Assembly: GCA_963776245.1 (NCBI GenBank)
Contig: CAVZLN010000005.1
Location: 64,001-128,000, forward strand
Source: Candidatus Eiseniibacteriota bacterium
Lineage (GTDB): Bacteria > Eisenbacteria > RBG-16-71-46
Reading direction: 5' to 3'
Length of the DNA stretch: 64,000 bases
The notes under the pieces were generated by a model. It was not told the DNA's origin and did no database searches. It saw nothing but the letters and a program-made list of their open reading frames with translations. Shown here in pieces: positions 28,989 through 43,172 of this stretch. The translations under genes were made by a program, and so were the position numbers. The first letter of the stretch is position 1; each line of letters begins with the position of its first letter.

Positions 28989-30269
28989 TCACGCCGGAGG
29001 CGCGATCTCCTCGAGCCCGCCGAGGTACGGACGCAGCGCCGCCGGGATGCGCACCCCGCCCGCGGCGGTCTGGTGGGTCTCGAGCAGCGCCGCGAAGGTG
29101 CGCGGAAGCGCCACGCCGGAGGCGTTGAGCGTGTGCGGGTATTCCACCCGGGCGCCCGCCTCGCGCCGGAAGCGCATGCCCATGCGCCGCGCCTGGAAGT
29201 CCTCGAAGTTGGAGCACGACGAGCATTCGAGCCAGCGCCCGGTGCCCGGCGACCACACCTCGAAGTCGTAGCACTTGGCGGCGGCGAACGACATGTCGCC
29301 GCTGCACAGCAGCATCACGCGGTAGGGCAGCTCGAGCGCCTCGAAGATGTCGGCGACGTCGCGCGCCAGCTTCTCGTGCTCGTCGTACGAGGTCTCGGGC
29401 AGCACGATCTTCACGCACTCGACCTTGTCGAACTGGTGCACGCGCACCATGCCGCGCGTGTCGGCGCCGGCGGCCCCCGCCTCGCGCCGATACGACGCGC
29501 AGTAGGCGGTCAGGTAGCGCGGCACCATCCCCGGCTCGAGGATCTCGTCGCGGTGGATGTTGGTGACCGGCACCTCGGCGGTCGGGTTGAGGAACAGGTC
29601 GTCCTCGCCGACCAGGTACATGTCGGCCTCGAGCTTGGGCAGCTGGCCGGTGCCGAACAGCGCGGCGCGGCGCACCACGTGCGGCGGCGAGACTTCGGTG
29701 TAGCCGTGCCGCGTGGTGTGGAAGTCGAGCATGAAGTTGATGAGCGCACGCTCGAGCCGGGCCCCCATGCCGGTGAACAGCAGGAAGCCCGAGCCGCTGA
29801 TCTTGGGCGCGCGCTCGAAGTCGAGCAGCCCGAGCCGGGTGGCGAGCTCCCAGTGGGCCCGCGGCTCGAAGTCGAAGGCGCGCGGCTCGCCCCAGGCGCG
29901 CACCTGCACGTTCTGCGCCGCGTCCATGCCCGGCGGGACCGAGGGATGCGGCAGCTGGGGGATCCACGCCGCCAGCGATTCGCTCTCCTCCTCCAGCGTG
30001 CGCAGTTCGGTGTCGAGCGCCTTGATGCGGTCGCCCACCTCGCGCATCGCGGCGATCTCGCCGGCCGCGTCCTCGCCCGACTTCTTCTTGCGCGCGATCT
30101 CCTCGCTGGCCGCGTTGCGGCGCGCCTTGAGCTGCTCGGTCTCGTGGAGCAGCGTCAGCCGCCGCTCCTCGATGGCGTAGAACTGCGCGAGATCCACGCT
30201 CATGCCCTTGAGGGCGATGCCGGCTTCGACCTTGTCGCGGTGGTTGCGGAGGAACTTCAGATCGTGCAT
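28989..30269 (-). CDS. serS: Serine--tRNA ligase
   Basis: GTGQLPK, PTAEVP, RREAG, RVHQFDKVE, SSCSN and HTLNASG. Confidence 0.98.
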   Translation of the reverse strand: MHDLKFLRNHRDKVEAGIALKGMSVDLAQFYAIEERRLTLLHETEQLKARRNAASEEIARKKKSGEDAAGEIAAMREVGDRIKALDTELRTLEEESESLAAWIPQLPHPSVPPGMDAAQNVQVRAWGEPRAFDFEPRAHWELATRLGLLDFERAPKISGSGFLLFTGMGARLERALINFMLDFHTTRHGYTEVSPPHVVRRAALFGTGQLPKLEADMYLVGEDDLFLNPTAEVPVTNIHRDEILEPGMVPRYLTAYCASYRREAGAAGADTRGMVRVHQFDKVECVKIVLPETSYDEHEKLARDVADIFEALELPYRVMLLCSGDMSFAAAKCYDFEVWSPGTGRWLECSSCSNFEDFQARRMGMRFRREAGARVEYPHTLNASGVALPRTFAALLETHQTAAGGVRIPAALRPYLGGLEEIAPPA

Positions 30270-30307
30270 CGGTGCGGTCCGGGGTTCGGGTGTGGACGGT
30301 CGCGGCG

Positions 30308-30670
30308 TCAGCGCCCGCCGGCGGTGCTGTCGGCCGCGCGCCCCAGCTCCCTGGCGCGCGCGTACGCCGCGCGTGCCTCCTCGTCGCGGCCGAGCTTCGC
30401 GAGCGCCATGCCGAGTCCATAGTAGGCCGCCGGATCGTCCTTGCGCACCGCGGTGGCCGCGGCGTAGCGGCGGGCGGCGGTGCGGAAGTCCTTCACGCGG
30501 TAGGCCTGGTTGCCGGACTCGATCAGCGCCTGGGCCCGCACCGCCGCATCGGGCGGGGTCGCGCGGTTCGCGCAGCCGACCGCGACGAGCGCCACCGCCA
30601 GGATCGCGGCGACGACCGCGGCGCGCGGCGTGCGGAGGGCAGGTTGGGCTTTCGAGCGGGTGCGGGTCAA
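30308..30670 (-). CDS. TPR lipoprotein
   Basis: TTG start with AGGAGG SD, lipobox AVGC, and TPR AAYYGLGMALAKLGRDEEA. Confidence 0.8.
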   Translation of the reverse strand: MTRTRSKAQPALRTPRAAVVAAILAVALVAVGCANRATPPDAAVRAQALIESGNQAYRVKDFRTAARRYAAATAVRKDDPAAYYGLGMALAKLGRDEEARAAYARARELGRAADSTAGGR

Positions 30671-30684
30671 GCGGCCTCCTGGAC

Positions 30685-30729
30685 GAACGCGAACGCCCCG
30701 GCCGCGCGGCGCCGGGGCGGTACGCGTTC
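30685..30729 (-). terminator. Hairpin immediately after rpsP
   Basis: GAACGCG..CGCCCCGGC-loop-GCCGGGGCG..CGCGTTC. Confidence 0.55.
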
Positions 30730-30735
30730 CGAGGT

Positions 30736-31152
30736 CTAGTCCTTCTTCTTCGGCGCGGCCTTGGGCTTCGGGTTCTTCTTCGCCTCGGTGCGCGCGGCCT
30801 TGGCGTTGACCTTCCGCGGGGACGGGGCCTTCCTGACCTTGCGCGTGCGGCCCTTGGTCTTGGTCGCGGCCTTCTTCGCGACGGTGGTCGCGGACTTCGA
30901 CGCGGCCTTCCAGGTCATGCCGAGCGAGCGCAACAGCGACGCACACTGCTCGGACGGCTGCGCGCCGACCTTCAGCCACGCCTCGACCTTGTCCTTGTGG
31001 ACCACGAGTTCGTAGGGCTGCGCGATCGGGTTGTAGTGCCCGAGGATCTCGAGGAAGCGCCCGTCGCGCTGACGACGCGAGTCGGCCGCCACCACGCGGT
31101 AGAAGGGCCGCTTCTTCGCACCGGCCCGCATCAGACGGATCACCACCGACAT
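30736..31152 (-). CDS. rpsP: 30S ribosomal protein S16 with a Lys/Ala-rich C-terminal extension
   Basis: [22 protein letters not shown]...GHYNP...WLKVGAQPS. Confidence 0.97.
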   Translation of the reverse strand: MSVVIRLMRAGAKKRPFYRVVAADSRRQRDGRFLEILGHYNPIAQPYELVVHKDKVEAWLKVGAQPSEQCASLLRSLGMTWKAASKSATTVAKKAATKTKGRTRKVRKAPSPRKVNAKAARTEAKKNPKPKAAPKKKD

Positions 31153-31202
31153 GCTTGTCCTCCTCCGAGTTTCACAGCGGGCGCGGGCCCCGATGAGCCC
31201 CG

Positions 31203-32531
31203 CTACCGCATCATCCCCCGCAGTCCGGCGAGGGACCGCGGGCCGCCCTTGAGACGCTTCATCAGCGTCCGGGCCTGTTCGTAATCCTTGAGCAGCCGGT
31301 TCACGTCGCTCACCGACGTTCCGCTGCCCGCTGCGATGCGGCGCCGGCGCGATCCATCGATCACGCGCGGCAGCCGCCGTTCCTTGCGGGTCATGCTGGT
31401 CAGGATCGCCTCGTAGCGGCGCAGCCGGACCATGTCCGGCTTCGCCTGCTCGAGCGCCGCCTGATTCATGCCCGGGAGCATCTTGAGGATGTCCTCGAGC
31501 GGACCCATCTTCCGGATCTGCTTGAGCTGCTCGAGGAAGTCCTCGAGCGTGAAGTCCTTCTTCCGCATCCGCTCGGCGAGCCGGACCGCGTCCTGCTCGT
31601 CGACCGACGAGCGCGCCTTCTCGACCAGGCCGACCACATCGCCCATGCCGAGGATGCGCCCGGCCACGCGCCGGGCGTCGAACGTCTCGAGCCCATCGAG
31701 CTTCTCGCCCGTGCCGAGGAACAGGATCGGCTTGCCCGTCACCTGCCTCAGCGAGAGCGCCGCCCCACCGCGCGCGTCGCCGTCCATCTTGCTCAGCACC
31801 AGGCCGTCCACGCCGATGCGCTCGGCGAACGCCGTCCCGATGCGTATCGCTTCCTGCCCCGTCATCCCGTCCACCACCAGCAGCACCTGGTGGGCGCGCA
31901 CCACGCGCTTGAGCGTCTCGAGCTCGCCCATCAGCGCGTCGTCGATGTGCAGGCGGCCCGCGGTGTCGAGGATCAGGAAATCGAACCCGCGCGTCCGCGC
32001 CTGCTCCAGCGCCTCCGCGGCGATGGCCTCGGGCGCCGCGCCCTCGGGCGCGCGCCAGAACGAAGCCTGCGCCTGCGGAGCCAGCCGCTCGAGCTGGTCG
32101 ATGGCCGCCGGCCGATGGACGTCCGCGCTGGCGAGCAGCACCCGCTTCTTGCGCTCGTGCAGCCAGCGCGCCAGCTTGCCGGCGAAAGTGGTCTTGCCCG
32201 AGCCCTGCAGGCCCGCGAGCAGCACCACCGTCGGCACGTGCGGCGAGCCCGCGAGCGTGACCGGGCTCTGCCCGAGCAGGCTCACCAGCTCCTCTTGCAC
32301 GATCCCCACCACCTGCTGACCGGCGGTGAGACTCTTCAGTACGTCCTCGCCGATCGCCCGGGCCTCGACCCGCGCCACGAAGTCGCGGGCCACCGACACA
32401 TGCACGTCGGCCTCGAGGAGCGCTCGACGCACGTCGCGCAGGCTATCGCGGATGTTGTCCGGCGTGAGGCGGGCCTGCCCGGTGAGATTCCGGACGATGC
32501 CCTGGATGCGATCGGTGAGCGCTTCGAACAC
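31203..32531 (-). CDS. ffh: Signal recognition particle protein
   Basis: [35 protein letters not shown] and [11 protein letters not shown]. Confidence 0.97.
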   Translation of the reverse strand: MFEALTDRIQGIVRNLTGQARLTPDNIRDSLRDVRRALLEADVHVSVARDFVARVEARAIGEDVLKSLTAGQQVVGIVQEELVSLLGQSPVTLAGSPHVPTVVLLAGLQGSGKTTFAGKLARWLHERKKRVLLASADVHRPAAIDQLERLAPQAQASFWRAPEGAAPEAIAAEALEQARTRGFDFLILDTAGRLHIDDALMGELETLKRVVRAHQVLLVVDGMTGQEAIRIGTAFAERIGVDGLVLSKMDGDARGGAALSLRQVTGKPILFLGTGEKLDGLETFDARRVAGRILGMGDVVGLVEKARSSVDEQDAVRLAERMRKKDFTLEDFLEQLKQIRKMGPLEDILKMLPGMNQAALEQAKPDMVRLRRYEAILTSMTRKERRLPRVIDGSRRRRIAAGSGTSVSDVNRLLKDYEQARTLMKRLKGGPRSLAGLRGMMR

Positions 32532-32603
32532 GTTCCCTCAGGTCCTCGAAGCGGGGAGTTATACCACGCCGCGCGGCCCGGGGTGAAGCCCGGTGTGGCG
32601 GGA

Positions 32604-33284
32604 TCAGCGGACCGCGTCCCGCAGCTCCGCCAGCGCCCGGCGCGGGTCGGGCTGGCGGAACACCGCGTTCCCCGCCACGAACACCTCGGCGCCGGCGGCG
32701 CGCGCGGCGCTCGCGGTGTCGGGCGCGATGCCCCCGTCCACCTCGATCACGAAGCGCCCGCCATGCGCGGCGCGCCAGGCGGCGGCCTCGCGCACCTTGG
32801 AGAGCTGTTCGGGCCGGAACGACTGCCCGCCGAACCCGGGCTCCACGGTCATCACCAGCAGCAGGTCGAGCCCGGCGAGGTGCGGCTCAACGGCCGCGAA
32901 CGGCGTGCCCGGCTTGAGCGCCAGTCCGGCGCGCGCGCCGCTCGAGCGGACCTCCGCGAGCGCCCCCGCCACGCCGTGCTCGTGCGGCGCCTCGAGATGG
33001 AGCGTGATGAGGTCGGCGCCGGCCTCGCGGAAGGCGCGCACCAGCCGCTGGGGCTGGTCGATCATGAGATGCACGTCGAGGAACGCCGCGGTGAGCCGGC
33101 GCGCCGCGGCGACCACCAGCGGCCCGAACGTGAGGTTGGGCACGAAGTGGTTGTCCATCACGTCGCAATGCACCCAGTCGCGCGCCGGGTCGGCGATCGC
33201 CAGCTCGGCTCCGAGCCGCGCGAAGTCGGCGGACAGGATGGAGGGCGCGACGATGGGCGGGGTGAGCATGGGATTCGTGGACAT
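32604..33284 (-). CDS. rpe: Ribulose-phosphate 3-epimerase
   Basis: APSILSADF, HCDVMDNHFVPNLTFG, DVHLM, MTVEPGFGGQ and EVDGGI. Confidence 0.97.
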   Translation of the reverse strand: MSTNPMLTPPIVAPSILSADFARLGAELAIADPARDWVHCDVMDNHFVPNLTFGPLVVAAARRLTAAFLDVHLMIDQPQRLVRAFREAGADLITLHLEAPHEHGVAGALAEVRSSGARAGLALKPGTPFAAVEPHLAGLDLLLVMTVEPGFGGQSFRPEQLSKVREAAAWRAAHGGRFVIEVDGGIAPDTASAARAAGAEVFVAGNAVFRQPDPRRALAELRDAVR

Positions 33285-33408
33285 GGGTCGATGGGCCTCG
33301 CGCGCCCCGCCGGGGTTCACCTTCGCCCGGCCGGGTGGACGATGCGGAGGATAGCAGCGGGGCGCGGGCGGGAGGAACCGGCGCGCGGACGGCGGTGGGC
33401 GCGCGCGG

Positions 33409-34218
33409 TCATCGGATCATCCGTCCCGTGGCCTGCACCACGATGTCGGCGTTGCGGGCGATCCGCGACCCGGGCGCCGGGTCCTGGACCACGATGGTGC
33501 CGATCGAGGGAGCGGCGGGCGGGGTGATCACGCGGAAGCCGTAGGACTCGAGCTGGCGTCGCGCGCCGCCGATCTCGCGGCCGAGCAGGTCGGGCATGAC
33601 GTAGAGCTCGGCGCGCGCGCCGGTCGAGACCAGCAGGCCCACCACGCCATCGCGCGGCAGCACGGTCTCGGCGGGCGGGTCGGAGGCCACCACCAGGCCG
33701 TCTCCGACCTCGTCGGAAGGCGCGCGCGTGATGCCACCCACGCGCAGCCCGGCGCGCTCCACCAGCAGGCGGGCGCTGCGCAGCGACTCGCCGAACAGCG
33801 CCGGGACCGACGACGACTGTTCGCCCAGGCTCAGCATGACCAGGACGCGTTTGCGGCCGCGCACCGGGGTCTCGGGGGGCGGGTCCTGCGACACCACGAA
33901 CCCGGCCGGCACCGACGGGTCGAAGCGCTCGCCGGCACGCGACACCGCGATCCCCATCGGCCGCAGGGTGCGCTCGGCCTGCTCGAGCGTGAGATTGGTG
34001 AGGTCGGGCAGCCGCACCTCGCCGGCACTGTGGATCAGCCGCGGCATGACGAGGTTGTTGAAGATCACGAGCCCGGTCGCGAACGCTCCGACCGCGAGCA
34101 CCAGCAGCGACAGCATCGCGCGCACGCGACGCCGTCGGGGTCGCGGGGCGCTGCCGGCCGCGCGGGGCGGCGCGGCGGGCGCGGCGGAGGCGCCGGGGCT
34201 GCGGCCGTCGTCGCTCAC
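33409..34218 (-). CDS. Membrane-anchored PASTA-domain protein (three repeats)
   Basis: TM helix, then LPDLTNL, VPALFG and MPDLLG repeats with QDPPP/QDPAPG. Confidence 0.88.
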   Translation of the reverse strand: MSDDGRSPGASAAPAAPPRAAGSAPRPRRRRVRAMLSLLVLAVGAFATGLVIFNNLVMPRLIHSAGEVRLPDLTNLTLEQAERTLRPMGIAVSRAGERFDPSVPAGFVVSQDPPPETPVRGRKRVLVMLSLGEQSSSVPALFGESLRSARLLVERAGLRVGGITRAPSDEVGDGLVVASDPPAETVLPRDGVVGLLVSTGARAELYVMPDLLGREIGGARRQLESYGFRVITPPAAPSIGTIVVQDPAPGSRIARNADIVVQATGRMIR

Positions 34219-36722
34219 GCCTTGCGGAACCTCGCGGCGAACGCACCATCGCAGCCGTGCACGTGGGGCAGCACGCGCATGAAGCCGTCCACGTCGGCCA
34301 CGCCTTCCGGGACCACTCCGTCCGCGCTCTCGAGGACGAACTGCGGGTTCTGGTGCAGGAACTTCTCGACCACGTCCACGGTCTCCTCGGGCTCGAAGGA
34401 GCACACGCTGTACACCAGCACGCCGCCCGGGCGCACGCGCCGTCCGCCCGCGCCGAGCAGGTCGAGCTGGACCGGCGGCATCTCGGCCAGCACCTCGGGC
34501 CCCTTGCGCCAGCGCGCGTCGGCGCGCCGCCCGATCACGCCCAGCCCCGAGCACGGCGCATCCACCAGCACGCGGTCGAACGGCATCGGGAAGGTGTAGG
34601 TGTAGCCGTCCCCGTGCACCACGTGCACCGCGTGTGCGCCGAGGCGCGCCACGGTGGTCTCGAGCGAGGCGACGCGCGCCTCGTTGCGCTCCAGCGCCCA
34701 CACCTCGCCCTCGTCCTTCATCAGCTCGGCGAGGTGGGTGCTCTTGCCGCCGGGCGCGGCGCACAGATCGAGCAGCCGGTCATGCTGTTGCGGGTCGACC
34801 AGCCGCGAGACCAGCGCCTCGCTCTCGTCCTGCACCGTGCACCAGCCCTCTTTGAACGCCGCCAGCGCCGCGGGCGAGTGATTGCCCTCGATCCACACCA
34901 GGTCGGGCGAGTAGGTCGCCGGCGTGGCCACGACATCTTCCTTCGCCAGCCGTTCGATGAGCGCCTCGCGGGTGCCGCGCGTGGCGTTCACGCGCAGTCC
35001 CGAGGGCACCGCGCGGTTGTTCGCCAGCATGAGCGCACGCAACTGCCCCACGCCGAAGCGCGCGAGCCAGCGCTCGACCAGCCACACCGGATGCGAGCCC
35101 CACACCGCCAGCGACTCGACGTCGTCGCCCGCCGGGTACTCCAGCGTGTCCTTCTCGTCGGCCAGCCGCCTCAGCACGCTGTTCACCAGCCCGACGGTGC
35201 CCGGATGGCCGTACTTGTGCGCCAGCTTCACGGCCTCGTCCACCGCCGCGTGCGCCGGCACGCGATCGAGGAACAGGATCTGGTAGGCGCCGAGGCGCAG
35301 CAGGTTGCGGATCCAGGGCTGGGTCTGCGCCAGCCCGATGTGGAGCCGCTGATCGAGCGCCCAGTCGAGGCGGGCGCGCCAGCGCAGGGTGCCCTTCACG
35401 ATCTCGTGCATGAGCGCGAGATCGCGCGGGTCGGGGCCGCCCCGCTGATGCGCCCCGTCCAGCATGCGATCGCTGAAGGCGCTGCGGGTGTCGGCCGCGT
35501 GCAGGATGCGCAGCGCCGCCTCGCGCGGATTGGTGGGGAGCGCCGCCGGATCATGATCCTCGTCGCGCGGCGCGCCCGGCGGCCGGCCGCGGTCGAGCGG
35601 GCGTCCCTGCGGACGTCCCTGCGGACGGTCCCGGTCGTACGTGCGCGGCCCGCTTCGCGAGTCGCTCGCGCGCGACTTCACCAGGCCCTTGCCCGCCTCG
35701 AAGTGGAGCGTGTTCCCATAGAGCGGCCGCGAGCGGTTGACGGCGCCTTCCTGACCGTCGGTCGGGCGCGGCGCGCGGTCGCCGCCCGGACGCGGCGCGC
35801 GGTCACCCCCGCTGCGCGGCGCGCGGTCACCGTACGGTCGCGGGGATCGGTCCCCACCCGGCCGGGGCGCGCGGTCGCCGTAAGGACGGGGTGCACGATC
35901 GCCGCCGGTGCGCGGCGCGCGGTCGCCGTACGGCCGCGGCGCGCGATCACCGCCGGGTCGCGGCGCGCGATCGCCGCCGCTGCGCGGCGTGCGGTCGCCG
36001 TACGGCCGCGGCGCGCGATCGCCCCCGGGTCGCGGTGCGCGGTCGCCGCCACTGCGCGGTGCGCGGTCGCCATACGGCCGTGGCGCGCGATCGCCACCCG
36101 GGCGCGGCGCGCGATCGCCGTACGGTCGCGGTGCGCGGTCGCCGTTCGGACGTGCCGTGCGCTCGCCTCCCCGGCGTGGCGCGCGGTCGCCGCCAGCGCG
36201 CGGCGCGCGGTCGCCGTACGGCCGCGGCGCCCGGTCTCCACCGGGACGCGGACCACGATCGCCGCGCCCACCGGGTCCTCCGGCGCGGCCATCCCGCGCG
36301 CCCGGACCCCGGCGGTCGCGGTCCGCGCCGCCACGTTCGGCGGGCGGACGGGCGGGACGCTGGGGCACCGACAGCGGCGCCCGATCGCTCCGCTCACGCA
36401 CGAACGATGTGAACCCGGTGTTCGAAGACGTCGTCGGCGGTCCGTCGGCCTGTGGCGCTTCGCGCGGCTCGGAGCCGCCCGCCGGCGCTTCGGCCGGGCG
36501 CGATGCGCGCGGACGGCGGCCGAACGCGGGATCTCCTCCGGCCGCCGACTGCGGCGCCACGTTGGCGATCCAGCGCTCGAAGGTGCGCGCGGCCTCGGTG
36601 CGCGGCTCGGCGGCCGGCGCCGGCGCGCACGCGTCGCGCGGGTGAGGCACGGCCGCGCGCGGCGGGCGGGCGGCTGTCGAGTCCACCGGTCCACGGCGGC
36701 GCGGGCTGCGGGCGTCGGTCAC
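34215..36722 (-). CDS. rsmB: 16S rRNA m5C967 methyltransferase RsmB with a long repetitive N-terminal extension
   Basis: NusB-like domain (LRLGAYQIL, AVDEAV), VQDE, DLCAAPGGKS, DAPCSGLG and YSVCS. GTG start overlaps the fmt stop. Confidence 0.92.
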   Translation of the reverse strand: MTDARSPRRRGPVDSTAARPPRAAVPHPRDACAPAPAAEPRTEAARTFERWIANVAPQSAAGGDPAFGRRPRASRPAEAPAGGSEPREAPQADGPPTTSSNTGFTSFVRERSDRAPLSVPQRPARPPAERGGADRDRRGPGARDGRAGGPGGRGDRGPRPGGDRAPRPYGDRAPRAGGDRAPRRGGERTARPNGDRAPRPYGDRAPRPGGDRAPRPYGDRAPRSGGDRAPRPGGDRAPRPYGDRTPRSGGDRAPRPGGDRAPRPYGDRAPRTGGDRAPRPYGDRAPRPGGDRSPRPYGDRAPRSGGDRAPRPGGDRAPRPTDGQEGAVNRSRPLYGNTLHFEAGKGLVKSRASDSRSGPRTYDRDRPQGRPQGRPLDRGRPPGAPRDEDHDPAALPTNPREAALRILHAADTRSAFSDRMLDGAHQRGGPDPRDLALMHEIVKGTLRWRARLDWALDQRLHIGLAQTQPWIRNLLRLGAYQILFLDRVPAHAAVDEAVKLAHKYGHPGTVGLVNSVLRRLADEKDTLEYPAGDDVESLAVWGSHPVWLVERWLARFGVGQLRALMLANNRAVPSGLRVNATRGTREALIERLAKEDVVATPATYSPDLVWIEGNHSPAALAAFKEGWCTVQDESEALVSRLVDPQQHDRLLDLCAAPGGKSTHLAELMKDEGEVWALERNEARVASLETTVARLGAHAVHVVHGDGYTYTFPMPFDRVLVDAPCSGLGVIGRRADARWRKGPEVLAEMPPVQLDLLGAGGRRVRPGGVLVYSVCSFEPEETVDVVEKFLHQNPQFVLESADGVVPEGVADVDGFMRVLPHVHGCDGAFAARFRKA
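35760..36263 (-). repeat. 21 tandem 24-bp coding repeats, consensus GDRAPR(P/S/T/A)(Y/G)
   Basis: Counted from the translation; codons vary synonymously between copies. Confidence 0.9.
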
Positions 36723-37679
36723 GCGTGCGTCTCCTTCATGGTCTGCATCCGTTCTCCGTTCGAGAGTCTCGCGCCGCGAGCCCAGTCGGCCGCCGGCTGT
36801 TCGCTCCGTCCTTCAGGCTTCACGCGGGCCACGCGCAGGGCGCCCGTGCCGCACGCCACCACCACGCCATCGTGCCGTACCTCGAGCACCGTGCCCGGGC
36901 GCCACGGCCACCGGCAGGAGATGTTCGGGCATCGCCTGGCACACGATCACCCGCCGGTCGTGCAGCGCGGCCGCGGCCCCGGGCCACGGCGTCACCGCGC
37001 GCGCGCGGTTCCACACCGCCAGCGCGTCGAGCGTCCAGTCGATCACGCCGTCCTCCTTCTTCAGTTTCTTCGCGTACGATCCCGCCGTCCGGTCCTGCGG
37101 CGTCCGCGGTGCCCGTCCCGCGTGCGCGAGCGTCACGGTCCCGGCCAGCAGCGAGGCCCCTTCCTCGGCGAGCCGCGCCGCCAGCGAGGCGGCGTCGTCC
37201 GCGGCCAGGATGGGCGTCAGCCGCTGCTCGATCAGGTCGCCGGTGTCCAGCCCCGCGTCCATGAACATCGTGGTGCTCCCGGTCCACGCCCGCCCGTCCC
37301 ACAACGCGCGCTGGATCGGCGCGGCGCCGCGATAGTCGGGCAGCAGCGAGGCGTGCAGGTTGACCGCGCCCGCGCGCGGCACGTCGAGCAGCGCCTGCGG
37401 CAGGATCATCCCGAACGCCACCACCACGAGCAGGTCGGGCGCCACCGCGGCGATGTCCGTCCAGTGCTCCCGCGTCTTCAACGTCTCCGGCTTGATCACC
37501 GCCAGTCCCATCGCCGTGGCCACCGCGGCCACCGGCGAGGGCCCCACGGCCAGACCGCGGCCCCGGGGCCGATCGGGCTGCGTGACCACCAGCGCCACCT
37601 CGCACCCGCGCGCCAGCGCGCGCAGGGCGGGCACCGCGAACTCCGGCGTGCCCATGAACACCACTCGCGGACGGCTCAG
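36719..37679 (-). CDS. fmt: Methionyl-tRNA formyltransferase; one frameshift near 36898
   Basis: VFMGTPEFA, VTQPDRP, NLHASLLPDYRGAAPIQ and MDAGLDTGD. The C-terminus GTVLEV...VACGTGAL...KPEGR is in the next frame. Confidence 0.93.
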
Positions 37680-38226
37680 AGCGACTCCTCCGCGGCCCGC
37701 GGCCTGTGCTCCTCGGGCAGCTCGCCGCGCGCCAGCGCGTCGAGCGAGCGGCGCAGGAACTGGCGCTTGAGCGGCGACAGCCGGTCCACGAACAGCACGC
37801 CGTCGAGATGGTCGATCTCGTGCTGGATGGCCCGCGCCAGGAACCCCTCGGCCTCGAGCGTGAACGCCCGCCCGTGCTCGTCGCGCGCGCTCACCTTGAG
37901 CGTGAGCGCGCGCGGTGACGTCGTCGTAGATGCCGGGCATCGAGAGGCAGCCCTCCTCGCGCGGTGTCCGATCCCGAGCGTGTCTCGACGACCGGGTTGA
38001 TCATGGTGTACTCGGCGTGGGCCTGGTCGTCGAGCGGGACGCTCACCACCAGCACGCGCTGCGCGACCCCCACCTGGTTGGCGGCCAGCCCGACGCCGTT
38101 GTACGCCTTCATGGTCTCGAACATGTCCTCGACCAGGCGGCGCACCGAGTCGTCGACCGATCCGATCTCGGCCGCTTTCTGGCGCAACACCGGGTCGCCG
38201 TAGATGCGCACCGGCCGGACCGCCAT
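37676..38226 (-). CDS. def: Peptide deformylase; frameshifts near 37960 and 37910
   Basis: YGDPVLR, GVGLAANQVG, EGCLSMPG and QHEIDHLDG, in successive frames. Confidence 0.93.
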
Positions 38227-38549
38227 CAGGCACCCTTCTCCTGCACCACCGAGACGACGGCGCTCTTGAGGAACTCCACCTTCACGTCGTCGGCCACCTT
38301 GAGCACGACCTTGGCGTCGTCCACGCCCACCACGGTGCCGAGCATGCCGCCCGAGGTCACCACCCGATCGCCCTTCTTGAGCGCCTTGAGCATGGCCTGC
38401 ACCTTCTTCTGGGTCTCCTGCTGCGGGCGGATGAGCAGGAAGTACATGATGACGAAGATGAGCAGGATGGGGCCGAACTGCACCAGCATGGCGATGGTCG
38501 GATTCGCGTTCGGCGCGGCACCGGCCTGCGCCCAGGCATCGCTCCACAT
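38226..38549 (-). CDS. yajC: Preprotein translocase subunit YajC
   Basis: YFLLIRPQQ and LKKGDRVVTSGG. Confidence 0.95.
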   Translation of the reverse strand: MWSDAWAQAGAAPNANPTIAMLVQFGPILLIFVIMYFLLIRPQQETQKKVQAMLKALKKGDRVVTSGGMLGTVVGVDDAKVVLKVADDVKVEFLKSAVVSVVQEKGA

Positions 38550-38567
38550 GGGTCGTGTCCTCGGGTC

Positions 38568-42375
<3,808 letters not shown>

Positions 42376-42380
42376 ACGCG

Positions 42381-42416
42381 ACGGGCGCGCGCCCGTGATG
42401 CGGGGCGCGCGCCCGT
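42381..42416. terminator. Hairpin between convergent genes
   Basis: ACGGGCGCGCGCCC-N8-GGGCGCGCGCCCGT, a perfect 14-bp stem. Confidence 0.65.
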
Positions 42417-42438
42417 GCGTGACGCGATCGCTTGAGGC

Positions 42439-43172
42439 TCAGCCCTCGACGCCCTCGTCCTCGCCTTCGCCCTCACCCGGATCATCGAGGCCGAAGCCCA
42501 TGCCCCGGCCCATCCCCATGCCGCGGCCCGGCCCGGGGCCGCCCTGGTGCAGCTCGCGCGCCTTCTTCTGCTGCGCGGGCGTGAGCAGGCCGCGCACCTC
42601 GAGCAGCGCGCCCACGTGCGCCTTCTGGATCGCGGCGCGCAGCCCGGCGACGCGATCGATCTGCGCCCCCACCGCCCCGGCGTCGGGCTGGTCGCCGCGC
42701 AGCAGCTTGCCGAGATCCATCTGCGCGATCCGCAGGTCGGCCTGCATCTGCACGACCTTCCTCGCGGTGCGCTCGTGGATGTCGGCGACCTTCTCGCGCT
42801 GCGCGTCGGTGAGATCGAGCGCCTTCAGCATGGCCATCGCGCCCCCCGGCCCGTGGCCGCGCATGCCGGACCCCATCCCCGGGCCCATGCCGCCGGGCCC
42901 GCGTCCCATCCTGCCGCGGCCGTGCATGCCCATCGGGCCGCCGTGCACACAACACGCCGCACCCATGCCGCATCCCGCGCGATCCTTGCCGCCGCGTCCA
43001 TGCCCGGCATCGGGCCACCCGGGCCGGGGCCCATGCCCGGCGCGTGCATACCGGCCGCCGGCGCCTTGCCCGGCGCCTTGGCCGCCGCGTCGGTCTGCGC
43101 CCACGCACCCGTGGCCACCAGCACCAGGGCCACCAGGCTCATCGCGATCGTGGTCTTCCTCTTGGTCGTCAT
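42439..43172 (-). CDS. Spy/CpxP/ZraP-like periplasmic protein; frameshift near 42975
   Basis: Signal peptide MTTKRKTTIAM...AWAQ, a Gly/Met/His-rich linker, and LDLTDAQ and LLTPAQ (LTXXQ) motifs. Confidence 0.8.

Noticed and set aside
35760..36263. Tandem repeats as a possible CRISPR array
   Set aside because: The 24-bp units are contiguous, have no unique spacers, vary at synonymous positions and lie in frame with rsmB. No cas genes are present.
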